The position numbers were made by a program, and so were the translations under genes. Below the pieces are notes generated by a model that worked only from the letters and a program-made list of their open reading frames with translations, had not been told where the DNA came from and ran no database searches. DNA of 64,000 bases from Malacoraja senta (Eukaryota), in contig CM075983.1 in NCBI GenBank assembly GCA_038087875.1, positions 43,772,001-43,836,000 on the forward strand. The letters run 5' to 3'. Of the stretch, positions 24,221 through 36,766 are shown one piece after another (positions within the stretch are counted from its first letter, which is position 1; every line of letters starts with the position of its first letter).

Positions 24221-25255
24221 TTATATCATTGTTTTTCTTTTTCATGCTTTTTGACTGTTTTTAAAATATATATATTTCAGTCCACTCACAACCATGTTGA
24301 GAGCTGTGTTTTCAAATGCCAATGGAAAAAAGATGATTTCCCTTGACCAAGATAACATTTTAATTGGTCTCAGGATTTACAGTTAGTACCACCACTTCAT
24401 GAATTGTCAGAATGTCAATTGTACAGAAAAAAAAGCTTCTTCCACAGTGCTGTTTATCTAGGTAGATTGGGATGGGATGTTGAAACAAGGAATTGCAGAT
24501 GCTGGTTTTCCAAAAAAGAGAACAAATATATCTATGTTTCCATACTGCATTAGTCTATGACTATGACCCTATGACCCCTATGACCCTGTGAGCCTATGAC
24601 TTTGGCCACTTCCTCCTATTGTCAAATATCACCAAAGGGTATATGGAACGAGCTGCCTGAGGAGGCAGTTGAGGCAGGGACTATCGCAACGTTTAAGAAA
24701 TATTTAGACAGGTACATGGATAGGACAGGTATAGAGGAATATGGGCCAAACGTAGGCAGATGGGACTAGTGTAGATGAGACATGTTGGTCGGTGTGGGTA
24801 CGTTGGGCTGAAGGGCCAACTTACCCACATGGTATAACTCCACCAACAATGAGCACCCTATAAAGACATAGAATTGGGGAGATGTGGTAACTAGGCAGCT
24901 AATTTTCTGTGGGCCTCACTGTGTATGTGTGCACCAGTGTATTCAATTATTGATCTGGTGTCATGACTGATGCCACAGTATATGGAACATCATTCTGAGG
25001 CAGAGATATTGTAGTAAAGATAGGGCCTGTTATTTCCAATGTTAGGATGACCATAACAGTTGACAAATATCCAACCACAGCAGGAGAATTCTTAGCAGAT
25101 ATGTGAGTACATGGAACAGTAAATAGAGAATGTCTGCATAGTTATATCTGACTTATTAAATGAACATTAGCACCCAAAACCCCAGCTTCCTCAATGTATA
25201 TTTGTTTCACTTTGAGAGGCAAAAACACAATCAGTGGAGGTTCTTCTTCACAGAT

Positions 25256-25560
25256 GGGCTGGCACAGTGGAGCAGCGGTAGAGTTGCTGCCTCACAGTGC
25301 CGGAAACCCCTGCATTGAACCTGACTACGGGTGGTGTCTGTACGGAGTTTGATCGTTCTCCCTGTGACCACGTAGGTTTTCTCCAGTCTGCTCCGGTGTC
25401 CTCCCATGTTCCCAAGACATGCAGGTTTGAGGTTAATTGGCCTTGGTAAAAATTGTAAATTGTTCCTAGTGTGTAGGATAGTGCTAGTGTACAGGGTGAT
25501 CGCTCGTCAGTGCGGACTCAATGGGGCAAAGGACCTGTTTCTGCGTGTATCTGGACTAAA
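25256..25560 (+). mobile_element. HE1-like V-SINE
   Basis: Full copy. Confidence 0.85.
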
Positions 25561-25829
25561 TGGAGAGGCTGCAACTAAACCTGCTCCATCAGTCTGAAGA
25601 AGGGTCTCGACATCACCCTCCAAAATGTCACCCATTCCTTCTCTCCAGAGATGCTGCCTGTCCAGCATTTTGTACCTCCCATCAGGCAGGAAATCTAACT
25701 CACAACTCACCACAACTTCCTTCTGTCCCATGACAGCTGCATCCTGTTTGGAACTGAGCACCAATTGTTTAATTATCTTTTATTATCTTTAACTATAGCT
25801 TAAACAGAGAATAATATTTAGTTTCACCT

Positions 25830-26105
25830 TTGGTCCACTGTGTCCACGCTGACTATCGATCACCTGTACACACTGGTCTATGTTATCCCACTTTCACATC
25901 CATTCCCTGCACACAAGGGACAATTTACACAGGCTAATTAACCTACAGACCTGCACGACTTCGGCATGTGAGAGGAAACCGGAGCGCCCGGAGAAAACCC
26001 CCGAAGAACGTACAAACACCATACAGACAGCAGCCATAGTCATGATCAAAACCAGGTTTCTGGCACTATAATGCAGCAAGTCTACTGCTGTGCTGCTGTG
26101 CCGTC
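25830..26105 (-). mobile_element. V-SINE
   Basis: Reverse copy. Confidence 0.8.
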
Positions 26106-26948
26106 CGAATATCTTAGGTATTGCACAAGGCATTCATTGTTGCTTGCGTACTGTGACACAGCTAACATGTATGACGCGATTAAAGCGTATATGCAGCTGT
26201 TAAAAATCAGAAGACATGTAACCCTATTAGAAGCACAAGTTCACCACAGATCCCGTTACACTCATCCCCTCCCTGATTCAATTCCCAGACCTTTGTCTCA
26301 AATGTTATAAGATACTTTCTGAATCATTCCTTTCTCGGTTTACAGACATAATCTTTCCACTGTTCTCTTTTAAATCTTGAATAATTTGTTCCCGTTTTTT
26401 TGTATGTTTTTAATGTTTGCAAACCAGTTTCATTGGTGTTTGTGTAAAATGTGTTCTGCCATTACGCTTTACACGCTAGATATTCCGTGCACCCTTCGGA
26501 AAAGACATTAAGCCAATAACTCAAATGCCCGCTCAGGATGGATGTGAAGCAAAGCATGGCTACATGTTGAGGGGGAGAAGAGGAACACGGAGTAAAGGAA
26601 GGGCAGCACGATGGCGCAGTTGGTAGAACCGCTGCCTCACAGCACCAGAGACCCAGGTACGATCCTGACTCTCCCTGTGAATTCTTTCAATTGTAAAATT
26701 GTGCTACAGTTGGCACCAAGCCAGAATAACAGGGAAGGTTTCCTAATACATGGAAGGACAGTGGCAAAGTAACAGACCCTTCAACCCACAGTCTGTGCCG
26801 AACATGAACTCTTATCTGCCTGCACATAATCCATATCCCTCCATTCCCTGCACATCCATTTGCATATCTAATAGTTTCACAAATGCTTCTATCATATCTG
26901 CCTCCACCACCACCCCTTGCAGCACATTTCAGGCATTCACCACCCACT

Positions 26949-26950
<2 letters not shown>

Positions 26951-27027
<77 letters not shown>
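26951..27027. repeat. (AAT)n microsatellite, about 25 units
   Basis: Pure TAA run. Confidence 0.98.
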
Positions 27028-27067
27028 TAGATAAATAAAAATAGATAAGACAGATAAATAAATCACG

Positions 27068-27270
27068 GATAGACACAAAAAGCTGGAGTAACTCTGCAGG
27101 TCAGACAGCATTTCTGGAGAAAAGGAATAGGTGACGTCTGAAGAAGGGTCTTGACCCGAAACGTCACCTGTTCCATTTCTCCAGCGATACTGTCTGACTT
27201 GCTGAGTTACTCCAGCTGTTTGTGTCTATCTTCAGTTTAAACCAGCATCTGCAGTTCTTGGTCCTACACA
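27068..27270. mobile_element. Penelope-derived fold-back element
   Basis: About 70-bp inverted arms around a hammerhead core. Confidence 0.8.
27138..27165 (+). ncRNA. Minimal hammerhead ribozyme core
   Basis: CTGAAGA-A-GGGTC-TT-GACCC-GAAA-CG-TC: CUGANGA box, stem II, GAAA box, GUC triplet. Confidence 0.6.
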
Positions 27271-27576
27271 CTAAATAAATCACGGCCAACACATCTCCTT
27301 TAAACTTTGCTCCTCCCACCTTAAAGCTATGCCCTTTAGTACTTTCTCCATCTGTAGCCTGGCTTTCAGTTTGGTTTGACAATACTTGCGTGAAACATCT
27401 TCTGAGATCTGACTTTCAAATGACACAAAGTGCTGGAGGAATTCACTGCATCAGGCAGCATCTGTGGAGGGAAAAGACAGGTGACATTTTGGGTGGGACC
27501 CTTCTTCAGATTGCAATATTGATGCAAGCTTTTGTTGGCAAGATGAAAATAATCGATGTGAATTTTAATGGACCTT

Positions 27577-27872
27577 ATTTTAGACTTTAGAGATACAGTG
27601 TGGTAACAGGCCTTTCAGCCCACCGAGTCCACGCCAACCAGCGATCACCCCGTGCACTAACATTATCCTACTCACTAGGGACAATTTACAATTTTTTCCC
27701 CCAAGTCAATTAACGTACAAATGTATATGTCTTTGGGGAGGAAACCGGAGCACCTGGAGAAAACACATGCTGTCACAGGGAGAAATTCCTTAAGACAGCC
27801 CCCGTAGTCAGGATCAAACCAGGGTCCCTGGCGCAGTAAGGCAGCAACTCTACCGCTGTGCCACTGTACCGT
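27577..27872 (-). mobile_element. HE1-like V-SINE
   Basis: Full reverse copy. Confidence 0.85.
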
Positions 27873-28551
27873 CCTGAGACAGAGGTAATTATACAAAACT
27901 GTTCTTGATCCTTGGACTTCCTAGTGCCCAGTATTGTGATGTTTCCAAATGCGTGGCCTGTCTGCAGGATGGGATGAAGAAAAAGTGCCCTGCCAGCATA
28001 CTTTCTTTTCGATAATTCCTGAGGCATTATTGGATTTCAGTGCTCCAGTGCATTCACAACTATTGCCTTGTTGCAAATGGTTTTAATGGTTAGTCAATGA
28101 CCACTGGCTCAAAATTTGTGAAGTCATCGAGTCCAACAGCACAGAAAAAGACCCTTCTGCCCAACTTCCTCATGCCGACCAAGATGCTCCATTTGAGTGC
28201 ATTTGGCCTACATCCTTCTGAACCATTTCCTGACCATGCAGTGAGTTTCTTTAGCATATTGTGGGTTTTTTTATGATTGATGGTTGTAAATGATTTTCTT
28301 CCCAACCAGGTTCAGAAAACTTAGAAATAATTGATTATCATTGTCTTACACTATGGAAAATGTTGTTGCTTCAAACTGAAATGATTGAGGTGCCACAAAT
28401 CATCAGCTTTCCACTGGAAACATTCAAATATATCTCTAATTTATAAAAGATCTCCATCTGCAAACACTTTGTATTCATGTTTTCAGAATAAATTCCCCAT
28501 GTCCACATAAATAATACCTTGCCTTTTTAAGCTTCTGACATTTTCCTTGCA

Positions 28552-28792
28552 TTTTAGTTTAGAGATTTAGTGTGGAAACAGGCCCTTTGTCCACACCGAC
28601 CAGCGATGCCCATACACTATCCTGTAGACTAGAGGCAATTTACAATAATTTACTGAAGCTAAATTAACATAGAAACCTCTACATGTTTGGTGTGTGAGAG
28701 GAAACCGGAGCAACCGAGGAAAACCCGTGTGTCCAGTGGGAGAACGTACAAACTCTGTACAGACACCACCCATAGTCAGGATCGAACCTGGA
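28552..28792 (-). mobile_element. V-SINE, 5' truncated
   Basis: Tail, V-domain, B box. Confidence 0.8.
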
Positions 28793-29123
28793 TCTTCAGT
28801 GGAAATAGAGAAATGAGGGCAGAATGGTTAGCTTTAGAATGCTATGAAGGTGTTTACATCTTTAAGTTTGTCCACAATCGAATTCAGAACAGCCGATCTC
28901 TATCTTGATTCCAACTTGAAACCAAGACTAAACACTTGTAGAAACAAGGAACTGCAAATGCAAGATAGACAAAAAGTGCTGGAGTAACTCAGCGGGTCAG
29001 GCACCACCTCTGAAGGAATAGGATAGGTGACGTTTCAGTCGGGACCCTTCAATCCCGACCTAACCCGAAATGTCACCTATTCTTTTGTTCCAGAGATGCT
29101 GCCCTGTCTGATAAATTGTTCTA

Positions 29124-29428
29124 GGGGTGGCACAGTGGTGAAGGGGTAGAGCTGCTACCTTACAGCACCTGAGACCCGGGTTCATCCCTGACTATAGGTG
29201 CTGTCTGTACGGAGATTATACATTCTCCTGTGACCGCGTCGGTTTTCTCCGGCTGCTCCGGTTTCCTCCCACACTCTGAAGACGTACAAGTTTGCAGGTT
29301 AATTGGCTTTGATAAGAATTGTAAATTGTCCCTTTTGCATAGGTTAGTGATATTGTACCGGATCGCATGTCGCGTGGATTATGTGAGCCGAAGGGCCTGT
29401 TTCCACGCTGCATCTCTAAACTAAACTT
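29124..29428 (+). mobile_element. HE1-like V-SINE
   Basis: Full copy. Confidence 0.85.
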
Positions 29429-29987
29429 AGAAGTGAAGTAAGCACTATGTTATAAAAACAGAATATTATACCTTGTGAAATAGAGTGCAGCAAGTTCCCT
29501 CCAAGGCAGGATGGTGTTACTGTTGTACATTCTTGAGGTGAACGGTGGGCTCATTTAAGGATCATGTTCCAGATGAAAAATCTGGCTTTGTTTGACTGAC
29601 AGGCCAATGAAGAATTTGTAGACACTGTGGAAATGGCAAATTACCAGAGAAAAGGACCTGAATTTCAGAACTTTTAAAATTGTTTTGCAAATGCAAGAAT
29701 GATTTTAGTGCAGGATGAATAAAGGGCTGACTGTCCCAATTCTAAGGGTCATTGTTTGAAAAATTGAAACCTCCTACATTTATAGCGAGCTTGTTTAAAT
29801 GTATGAATGCTGTGAACAATGGCTTAATTGTTTGACTCTTTGCCTCTAATTTGCTTCATTGCAACCCGCTCCACGCTTTTGAAAAGTGCAAGCGAGGCCT
29901 TTGGGAGCGGGGGTAGGGCATTATTCCTTGGGGACAATGACACAATCGACCCCTATCGGATAAAGCTGTAATGAATAAAAATAACAG

Positions 29988-30298
29988 AGCACAGTGGCGT
30001 GGAGCTGCTGCCAGGGACCCAGTTGTGATCATGACCAGGGGTGCTGTCTGTTGAGAGCTTGTATGTTCTCCCATGACCGCGTGGGTTTTCTCCGGGTGCT
30101 CCGGCTTCCTCCCATATTTAATGGGTTTGTAGGTTAATTGGCTTCTGTAAATTGTCCCTGGTATGTAGGATAGAACTAGTGTATTGGTGATCGCTGGTCG
30201 GTGCGGTGTGAAGGATAATGCTATTGTATGGGGTAACTACTAGTTGGCGCGGACTTGGTGGGCTGAAGGGCCTGTTTCCGAGCTGTATCCTTCTAAAG
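29988..30298 (+). mobile_element. V-SINE
   Basis: V-domain and tail. Confidence 0.8.
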
Positions 30299-30484
30299 TG
30301 TTAAAAAACAGGAATTGTCAGAGGAAAATGGTGCAAGGATGATGTTCAATGCAATCAACATGCAGATAGACTTGCAACTGGGAACGGGAAACTGAGTGGC
30401 GAAGTGGGGGAAAGAACAACACAAATCATTGCTCTTGGTGATATGGTGAGCTGCAGATTCAAGTCACTAGTTTCTTAGTTCAGG

Positions 30485-30700
30485 GTCAGAGGACATAGGT
30501 TTAAGGTGAGGGGGGGAAAGATTTAATAGGAACCTGAGGGGCAACTTTTTTACTCAAAGGATAGTGGATGTATGGGACGAGCTGCCAGAGGAGGTAGTTG
30601 AGGCAGGTGGTATCGCGACGTTTAAGAAACATTTAGACAGGTACATGGATAGGATAGGGTTAGAGGGATAAGATGGATAGGATAGGTTTAGAGGGGTATG
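30485..30700 (+). mobile_element. CR1 LINE 3' fragment
   Basis: Near-identical to 8025-8210. Confidence 0.8.
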
Positions 30701-30701
30701 A

Positions 30702-31290
30702 ACCGACTTCAGGAACTCCAAGACACTCAACTACATAGAAGTTAACATAAACATCCACCACAGTGGATTCCCACATTCCTCACTGGGATGGAAGGCAAAA
30801 AAATGCAATCTTGTTTCTCTTTATTCTATCCGTCGGGCCGATCGATGCTCCCATGTCGGGGCGGTCGAAGCTCCTGCGGCTTGGAGTTCCTGAAGTCGGT
30901 CTCTGACTAGTGATGTTAAGTCCACAAGCACCTATGGTTGGACCTCCGAGGACGATCCCTGGCAAAGGAAGCGCGGGCTCCGCGATGTTAAAGTCCCGTA
31001 GGCACCCCGCAGTGGGGCTCTCACATTTCGGTCTCCAGCAAAGACTGCCAACTCCTCGATGTTAGGCCGCAGTGGAGACGGAGATACGATACGGAAAAAA
31101 ATCGCATCTCCATCATGGTAAGAGATTAGAAAAAGTTTCCCCCACCCCTCCACCCCCCCCCCCACATAAAACAAGCTAAAGAACACTAAAAACATACATT
31201 TAACACATACTATTAAAACACAAAGAAGGAAGGGACAGACAGACTGTTGCCGAGGCAGCCATTGCTGGTGGTTCACTGCCACCCGGTGAT
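30702..31290. mobile_element. Unclassified CpG-rich interspersed repeat
   Basis: Sharp compositional boundaries; 21-bp inverted copy of an internal segment at its left end. Confidence 0.5.
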
Positions 31291-31359
31291 TAGAGCATGT
31301 TACCATGGCTATACTGGGGAGTGGTGTAGAGTAGTGCTGGCAATGTGTGTTACAGCTAG

Positions 31360-31820
31360 TTATAGAGCCATGGAGTCATATAGAATGGAAGCAGGCCCCT
31401 TCGGCCCATCCTTTTTGTGCCGTCCAAGATGCCACATCTAAGATTCACATTTGCACATGTTTGGCTCATATTCATCCAAACCTTTCCTATCCTTCTACCT
31501 GGCTTAATGCTGTTAAAGTACCTGCCTCAACTACCTTCTCAGGCAGCTTGTTCCATTTCCCCACCACTTTCTGAGTGAAATAGGAGCCCTCTGGTTCTGA
31601 TTAAATCTTGTTCCTCTTACCTTAAAGCTATGTCTGGTTCTTGATTTCTCCAGCCCCGACAAAATACTCTGTTCATTCATTCTATCTATTTCATGGTTTT
31701 ATGTACCTCTGTAAGATCACACCTCTGCCGCCTGCACTCCAGGAATAAAGTACTAGCCTGTCCAGTCTTTCCCTACAGCTCTGGCCCTCAGGTCTTGGCA
31801 ACATCCCCGTAAACCTTCTT
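31360..31820 (-). mobile_element. CR1 LINE 3' fragment
   Basis: Reverse CR1 tail and ORF2 end. Confidence 0.8.
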
Positions 31821-32098
31821 TGGATTTTACGAGGGTCGAGTCAACGGCCTATTCAGCTGACTCGACCCACTCCGACGCCGCCTCTACATTGGCTCGTGAA
31901 CGCACAGTCACTCACCTCCGACGGCCATCGCTCGGCCTCTGTGCCCTGAGGGCCACGCACAACTGAGCCCGAGTGCCCGGGTGACCACCAGCCCACTCAC
32001 CGGCACCGATCCTTGTTCTGTCGACCACTGCTGCTATCTTAAACTGGATGTGGAGAGGATGTTTCCAGTTAGAGTCATGGAATCATAGAGTGATACAG

Positions 32099-33141
32099 TA
32101 GCAATGTTACAACATTTTGAGATTTAAAAAATCAAGTCAGCAATTTATCCCATCAGATAAAGCATAAAAAGAAGTTTAATTTGACACCTATTTCACTTGC
32201 ATATCTTCAGTATTAAAAAAGTTATGGCCATTTTCATACTCGGAAATTAGCATCTTGTTCCCTATTGCTTTTCCATTGACTTAACACAAAAGCTGTGATC
32301 AAGGACAGTCAAAAGCCCATAACTTTCTTAAAAATTAAGAGAACTTAATGACATTTTCAGTTATTATAGATTGAAGCATTCTGAAACAAATATGAAACAA
32401 TCTTACTTGGATGACCTGAAATTAAAGCATATAATTAGTTAGTTACCCAATTGTAGCTAATTACAAAATCCAATTACTAGATCTAAATATCTATCCATTT
32501 CTTAAGAAAAAGTTAACATTTTTAAAAAGCCTAAGTGTCCAAATAGCATTCACACAAGAATTCACAATATAACATATTTTAAAATCTCATTGTCATTAAT
32601 TTATAGGCCAAATGGAAGGAATTTAGTGTTTAATTCCTGTAAATTAATGGACATTTAAATCATCTTGCGAGTGGGATTTTGTGGAACGCGCTGGTTTGGA
32701 ACGCTGCAGTTGCACTGAATTAAACCCCAATATCGGCAGGAAAAATACTGCCGGTTCGTATATTTAAATAATCACATTTTCGCAACTTGAAATTTTTATT
32801 AAAGGCATCCTAAGAAGCAAGATTATATGAAAAAATAAACGGTGTACCTTGCCTTGTCCCGTGCGTGAAATCCGTCCCGTTGTCGGCGTTGACGGCATTT
32901 GAAGATGATTTTAATTTTACTCCAACAATTAAATTATAAAGCGCTAATTTTAATAAACTTAATAAAACGGCAGTCTAAGCGATTTTTCTTCATCAACTAT
33001 TTAGCCTGTTCAAGATCGTTTAGAACAGGCTGCCGAAATATCGCATTTTAAACCCGCCCCCCTCTCAAAGGCACCAAAGTCGCGGACACGGGCAGTGACA
33101 GAACTGCAGCGCCGCTGAAGGTAAGTTTTGTAACATACCTA
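32099..33141. mobile_element. Non-autonomous TIR DNA transposon, 1043 bp
   Basis: Termini TAGCAATGTTACAA / TTGTAACATACCTA (12 of 14 match); TSD GATACAG at 32092-32098 and 33142-33148; host CR1 tail rejoins on removal. Confidence 0.85.
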
Positions 33142-34327
33142 GATACAGTGTGGAAACAGAGCCCTTCGGTACTACGTGCCCACACCGGCCAACATGTCCC
33201 AGCTACACTAGTCCCACCTGCTCGCGTTTGGTCCATAAGTTTCCAAACCTGTCCTATCCATGTACTGGTCTAATTGTTGGGATAGTCCCTGCCTCAACTA
33301 CCTCCTTTGGCAGCTTGTTCCATACACTCACCACCCTTTGTGTGAAAGTTGTCGGAAAGTCTAGGACAAAAGGGCACAGCCTCAGAATAAAAGGATGTAC
33401 CTTTAGAAAGGAGATGATGAGGAAATTTGTTTTGTCAGACAGTGGTAAATCTGTGGAATTCATTGCCAGAGACGGCTGTGGCGATCAAGCAATTGGATAT
33501 CTTTTAAGCATGGATTGGTAGGTTCTTGATTATTAAAGATGTCAAAGATATTGGGAGAGGGCAAGAGAAAGGGGTTGAAAGTGAAAAATAGATCAGCCAT
33601 GATCGAATGGCGGAGACCTGATGGGCTGAATGGCCTCATTCTGCTCCTTTATCTTATGATCTGACGATCTTATGATTTTGAAGCAAATGAGCTTGCCTTA
33701 CCATCCACTGAATGAAGCATCAAGGCTGAACCAAACCTTGCTGTTTATCCCTGTAAACTCTCCCTCCGAATGAATATTGCCCTGGACAGTTCTCCAGCGT
33801 GATGCTGCATTTGCAAGCAGAAGCGGGAGATGTATAGAATAACTAAACAGAACCAGCTCACTTCACAAATGCATGAGCAAGTCCTATAAAGGACACCAAG
33901 TGCTGGAGTAACTCACAGGCAACATCTTTGAGGGGCATCTTTTTCACTGGGATGGGTTGGGTATGTGGAACGAGAGGCCAGAGGAGGTAGTTGAGGCAGG
34001 TACTACAACAAGATTTTAAAGACACTTGGACAGGTACATGGACAGGAGGTTTTAGAGGGAAATGGGTGACACAGGAGCATGTGAGATGAGCATAGATGGG
34101 GCATCTTGGTCTGGGCAAGTTGAGATGAAGGGCGTTGTTTGACTATGACTATAAAAATAGACGTAACAAAGCCTCAAAAATCCAATTTGTTTGTTGTTAA
34201 GGACCCAAGGCACCCTGAATGCCTAAAATGTCACAAATGTTCTCCCTGTGAATTATTTTCCAATTGTAAAATTGTGCTGCAGTTGACACCAACCAAGAAC
34301 AATAGGGACTGTTGCCTAATACATGGG

Positions 34328-34615
34328 AGGGCAGTGTCCCAGCTGGTACAGTTGCTGCCTCGCAGTGCCAGAGACCTCGGTTTGATCCTGTCCTCGGGTG
34401 CTGTCTCAGTGAAGTTTGCACGTTCTCCCTGTGACAGCGCAAGTTTCCTTCAGGTGCTCCAGTTCCTCCCACGTTCCAAAGACGTGTGGGTTGTTAGGTT
34501 AACTAGCTTCTGTAAATTGCCCCTTGTGCATAGGATGCGGATGCGAAAGTGGGATGACATAAAACTGGTGTGAGCGGGTTATCGATGGTCGGCGTCAACT
34601 TGGTGGGCTGAGGGT
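34328..34615 (+). mobile_element. V-SINE
   Basis: Head and V-domain. Confidence 0.8.
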
Positions 34616-34699
34616 GGGGAATGAGGATGGATAAAAGGGAGATGGGAGATGCGGGGACGGGAGATGAATGTGGGAAGGAGGGGAAAGGAGTAGCGTGAC

Positions 34700-35100
34700 T
34701 GTGTGGGGTTGGAAGATGGTGGGAGATATGTCAGCAAAGGCTGCTGACTCTGGACAAAGGACCAGTAAGAAGAACTGAGGGGATCTCACCTTCCACACCC
34801 TCGAGTGTGGCTGTGGGAGGTGCCCCCAGGGAACAAAAACTGAAAGTGTCCGGGCGAAGAGAGGGCTGACCCGGATTGGAGGCGACGGCTGCAACTGGCC
34901 TTTATGGCCAGCTGCAGCTGGGCCTCTGAACATGGCGCCAAAACTCTTGCATGTAGACTCAGTGAGCTATTAATATACATTCCGTACTTAATCAGGGATT
35001 GTACATGTGTATGGCAATAATCTTATTGATCTGTATGCAAAAAAAGAATGTAACTGTATCTTGGTACATGTGTTAGTAAAGGACATTGAACTATTGAACG
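34700..35100 (+). mobile_element. Unclassified GC-rich repeat with Rex1-type tail, copy 2
   Basis: Homologous to reverse complement of 16300-16720. Confidence 0.7.
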
Positions 35101-35129
35101 CACACCAGAATGGCCGTTACTTGATGTTA

Positions 35130-35715
35130 GAGAGTTTCTTGGCCTACGCGATCTCCCGGTTGCCAAACATTTTGACTCCCATTCCCATTCCTATACTGAG
35201 CTTTCTGCCCTGGACCCCCTTCTCTGTCTGTAAAGCCACATGCAAATTGCAGGAACAGCACCTCATATTTTGCTTGGGCAGCTTACAACCCAGCAATATA
35301 TATTAGATCTCTAATTTCAAGTAACCCCTGCATTCCCTCGCTCTCTGCTTCTCGCCAACTCTAGTCGTCCTGCCAATTCCACTGTTTGCATCCATATATC
35401 TCTCTGTTATCACCTCTCTCACGGCCACCAATGGTTCATCTTTCCTTGGTCATCGGCGCCAGCTCTGATTTCTTCTGAACCTTTACATATCTCCAGATTC
35501 CCTCCCCCCTGACTCTCAGTTAGAAGAAGGGTTTCGACCCGAAACATCACCTATTCCTTTTCTCCAAAGATATTGCTGTTGAGCTACTCCATCCAGGATC
35601 ATATTGTACATCCAATCAAGAATAAGTCCGTGTTCACTGCATTCTGTTGCTTCTGAGCATCCAGCATTTTGGGTCTATCTTCAGTGTAAGCCAGCATCTG
35701 CTGTTCCTTCCTGCA
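35130..35715 (+). mobile_element. Penelope 3' remnant with terminal repeat
   Basis: KATCKLQEQHLIFCLGSLQP; degenerate hammerhead near 35520-35548. Confidence 0.8.
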
Positions 35716-36766
35716 CACTCAAGGTTCATACTGCTGGGTTGTAGGCTACCCAAGTGGAATATGAGGTGGTGTTCATCCTGTTTGTGAGTGGCCTCAGTTT
35801 CTTGTGGCTCAATTTGTGGTAATGTTGCTTTCAGAAGCAACAGAATGCAGTGAACACGGACTTATTCTTGATCGGATGTACAATATGATCCTTAGTGTGT
35901 ACCTGGAGCTTTGGAATGGGTGGGCAAGACAGTTTAGTGGCTCAGGCAGTGTTGGCAGGTCTGACAATGCACCACTCCATCAGTACAAGATAGCTCGTCA
36001 TTCAGGAAGTGGCCTCCCAGGGAGATGTTGATTTATGTGCATGGTTTCAAGAGATGATATCCAAGGCACGTTTCTTTCAATCATTTTCACTCCACAATAG
36101 GGCATCCTGGGTTCGTTTTTGAAAGGCTAATAAACAAGCATCAGTCTCAGGCAAGGATGGGTTGCAGAAAACACCGCTGTCTCAATACATACAAAGCTGT
36201 TCGTTAACACATCAAAGATTCAGTGAATCCCCTGGTCTCAAGGATACTGACAATAGTTTATTTTTACTGCCTGATTGTAAAACTTCTGTTTGCTTCCTGG
36301 CTTAGTTATTCAACTAGTAATCCAGTTCAAATTCTACCTTGGCAACTTGAGAAATTGAATTCACTTTTAAAATGTGTGAAAATAAAATGTGCTTCAATAT
36401 CATTGTCATGTGTGCCGTGGTACATTGCAAAGCTTCTCCTCCCTTCTTTCCCTCACCCTCACTCCCTCTTCCCAGTACCCCACCTGATAAGCACCCCTCG
36501 CTCCCCTCCCCCACTTCCACCTAGATTCCTTCCTCTGGCTTCACAATTCGCAACTCCTCGATCCTTATCTTACACCTTTTGTCTTTTCAACTCTGGCCTT
36601 TGTCCAATCATCTACCTATCAAACCTCCCCCTCTCTACACACCTGTATCCACCTATCACCTTAAGAAGGGTTCCGACCCCATACGTTGCTTGTTCCTTTC
36701 CTCCAGATATGCAGCCTGACCCGCTGAGTTACTCCAGCATTTTGTCTATCTCCACCTATCACTCAA

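Noticed and set aside
26687-27076. Poly-Leu ORF
   Set aside because: Reading of the (AAT)n microsatellite
29585-29676. Possible exon after ...gactgacag
   Set aside because: Short frame to a stop, no donor, no recognisable protein
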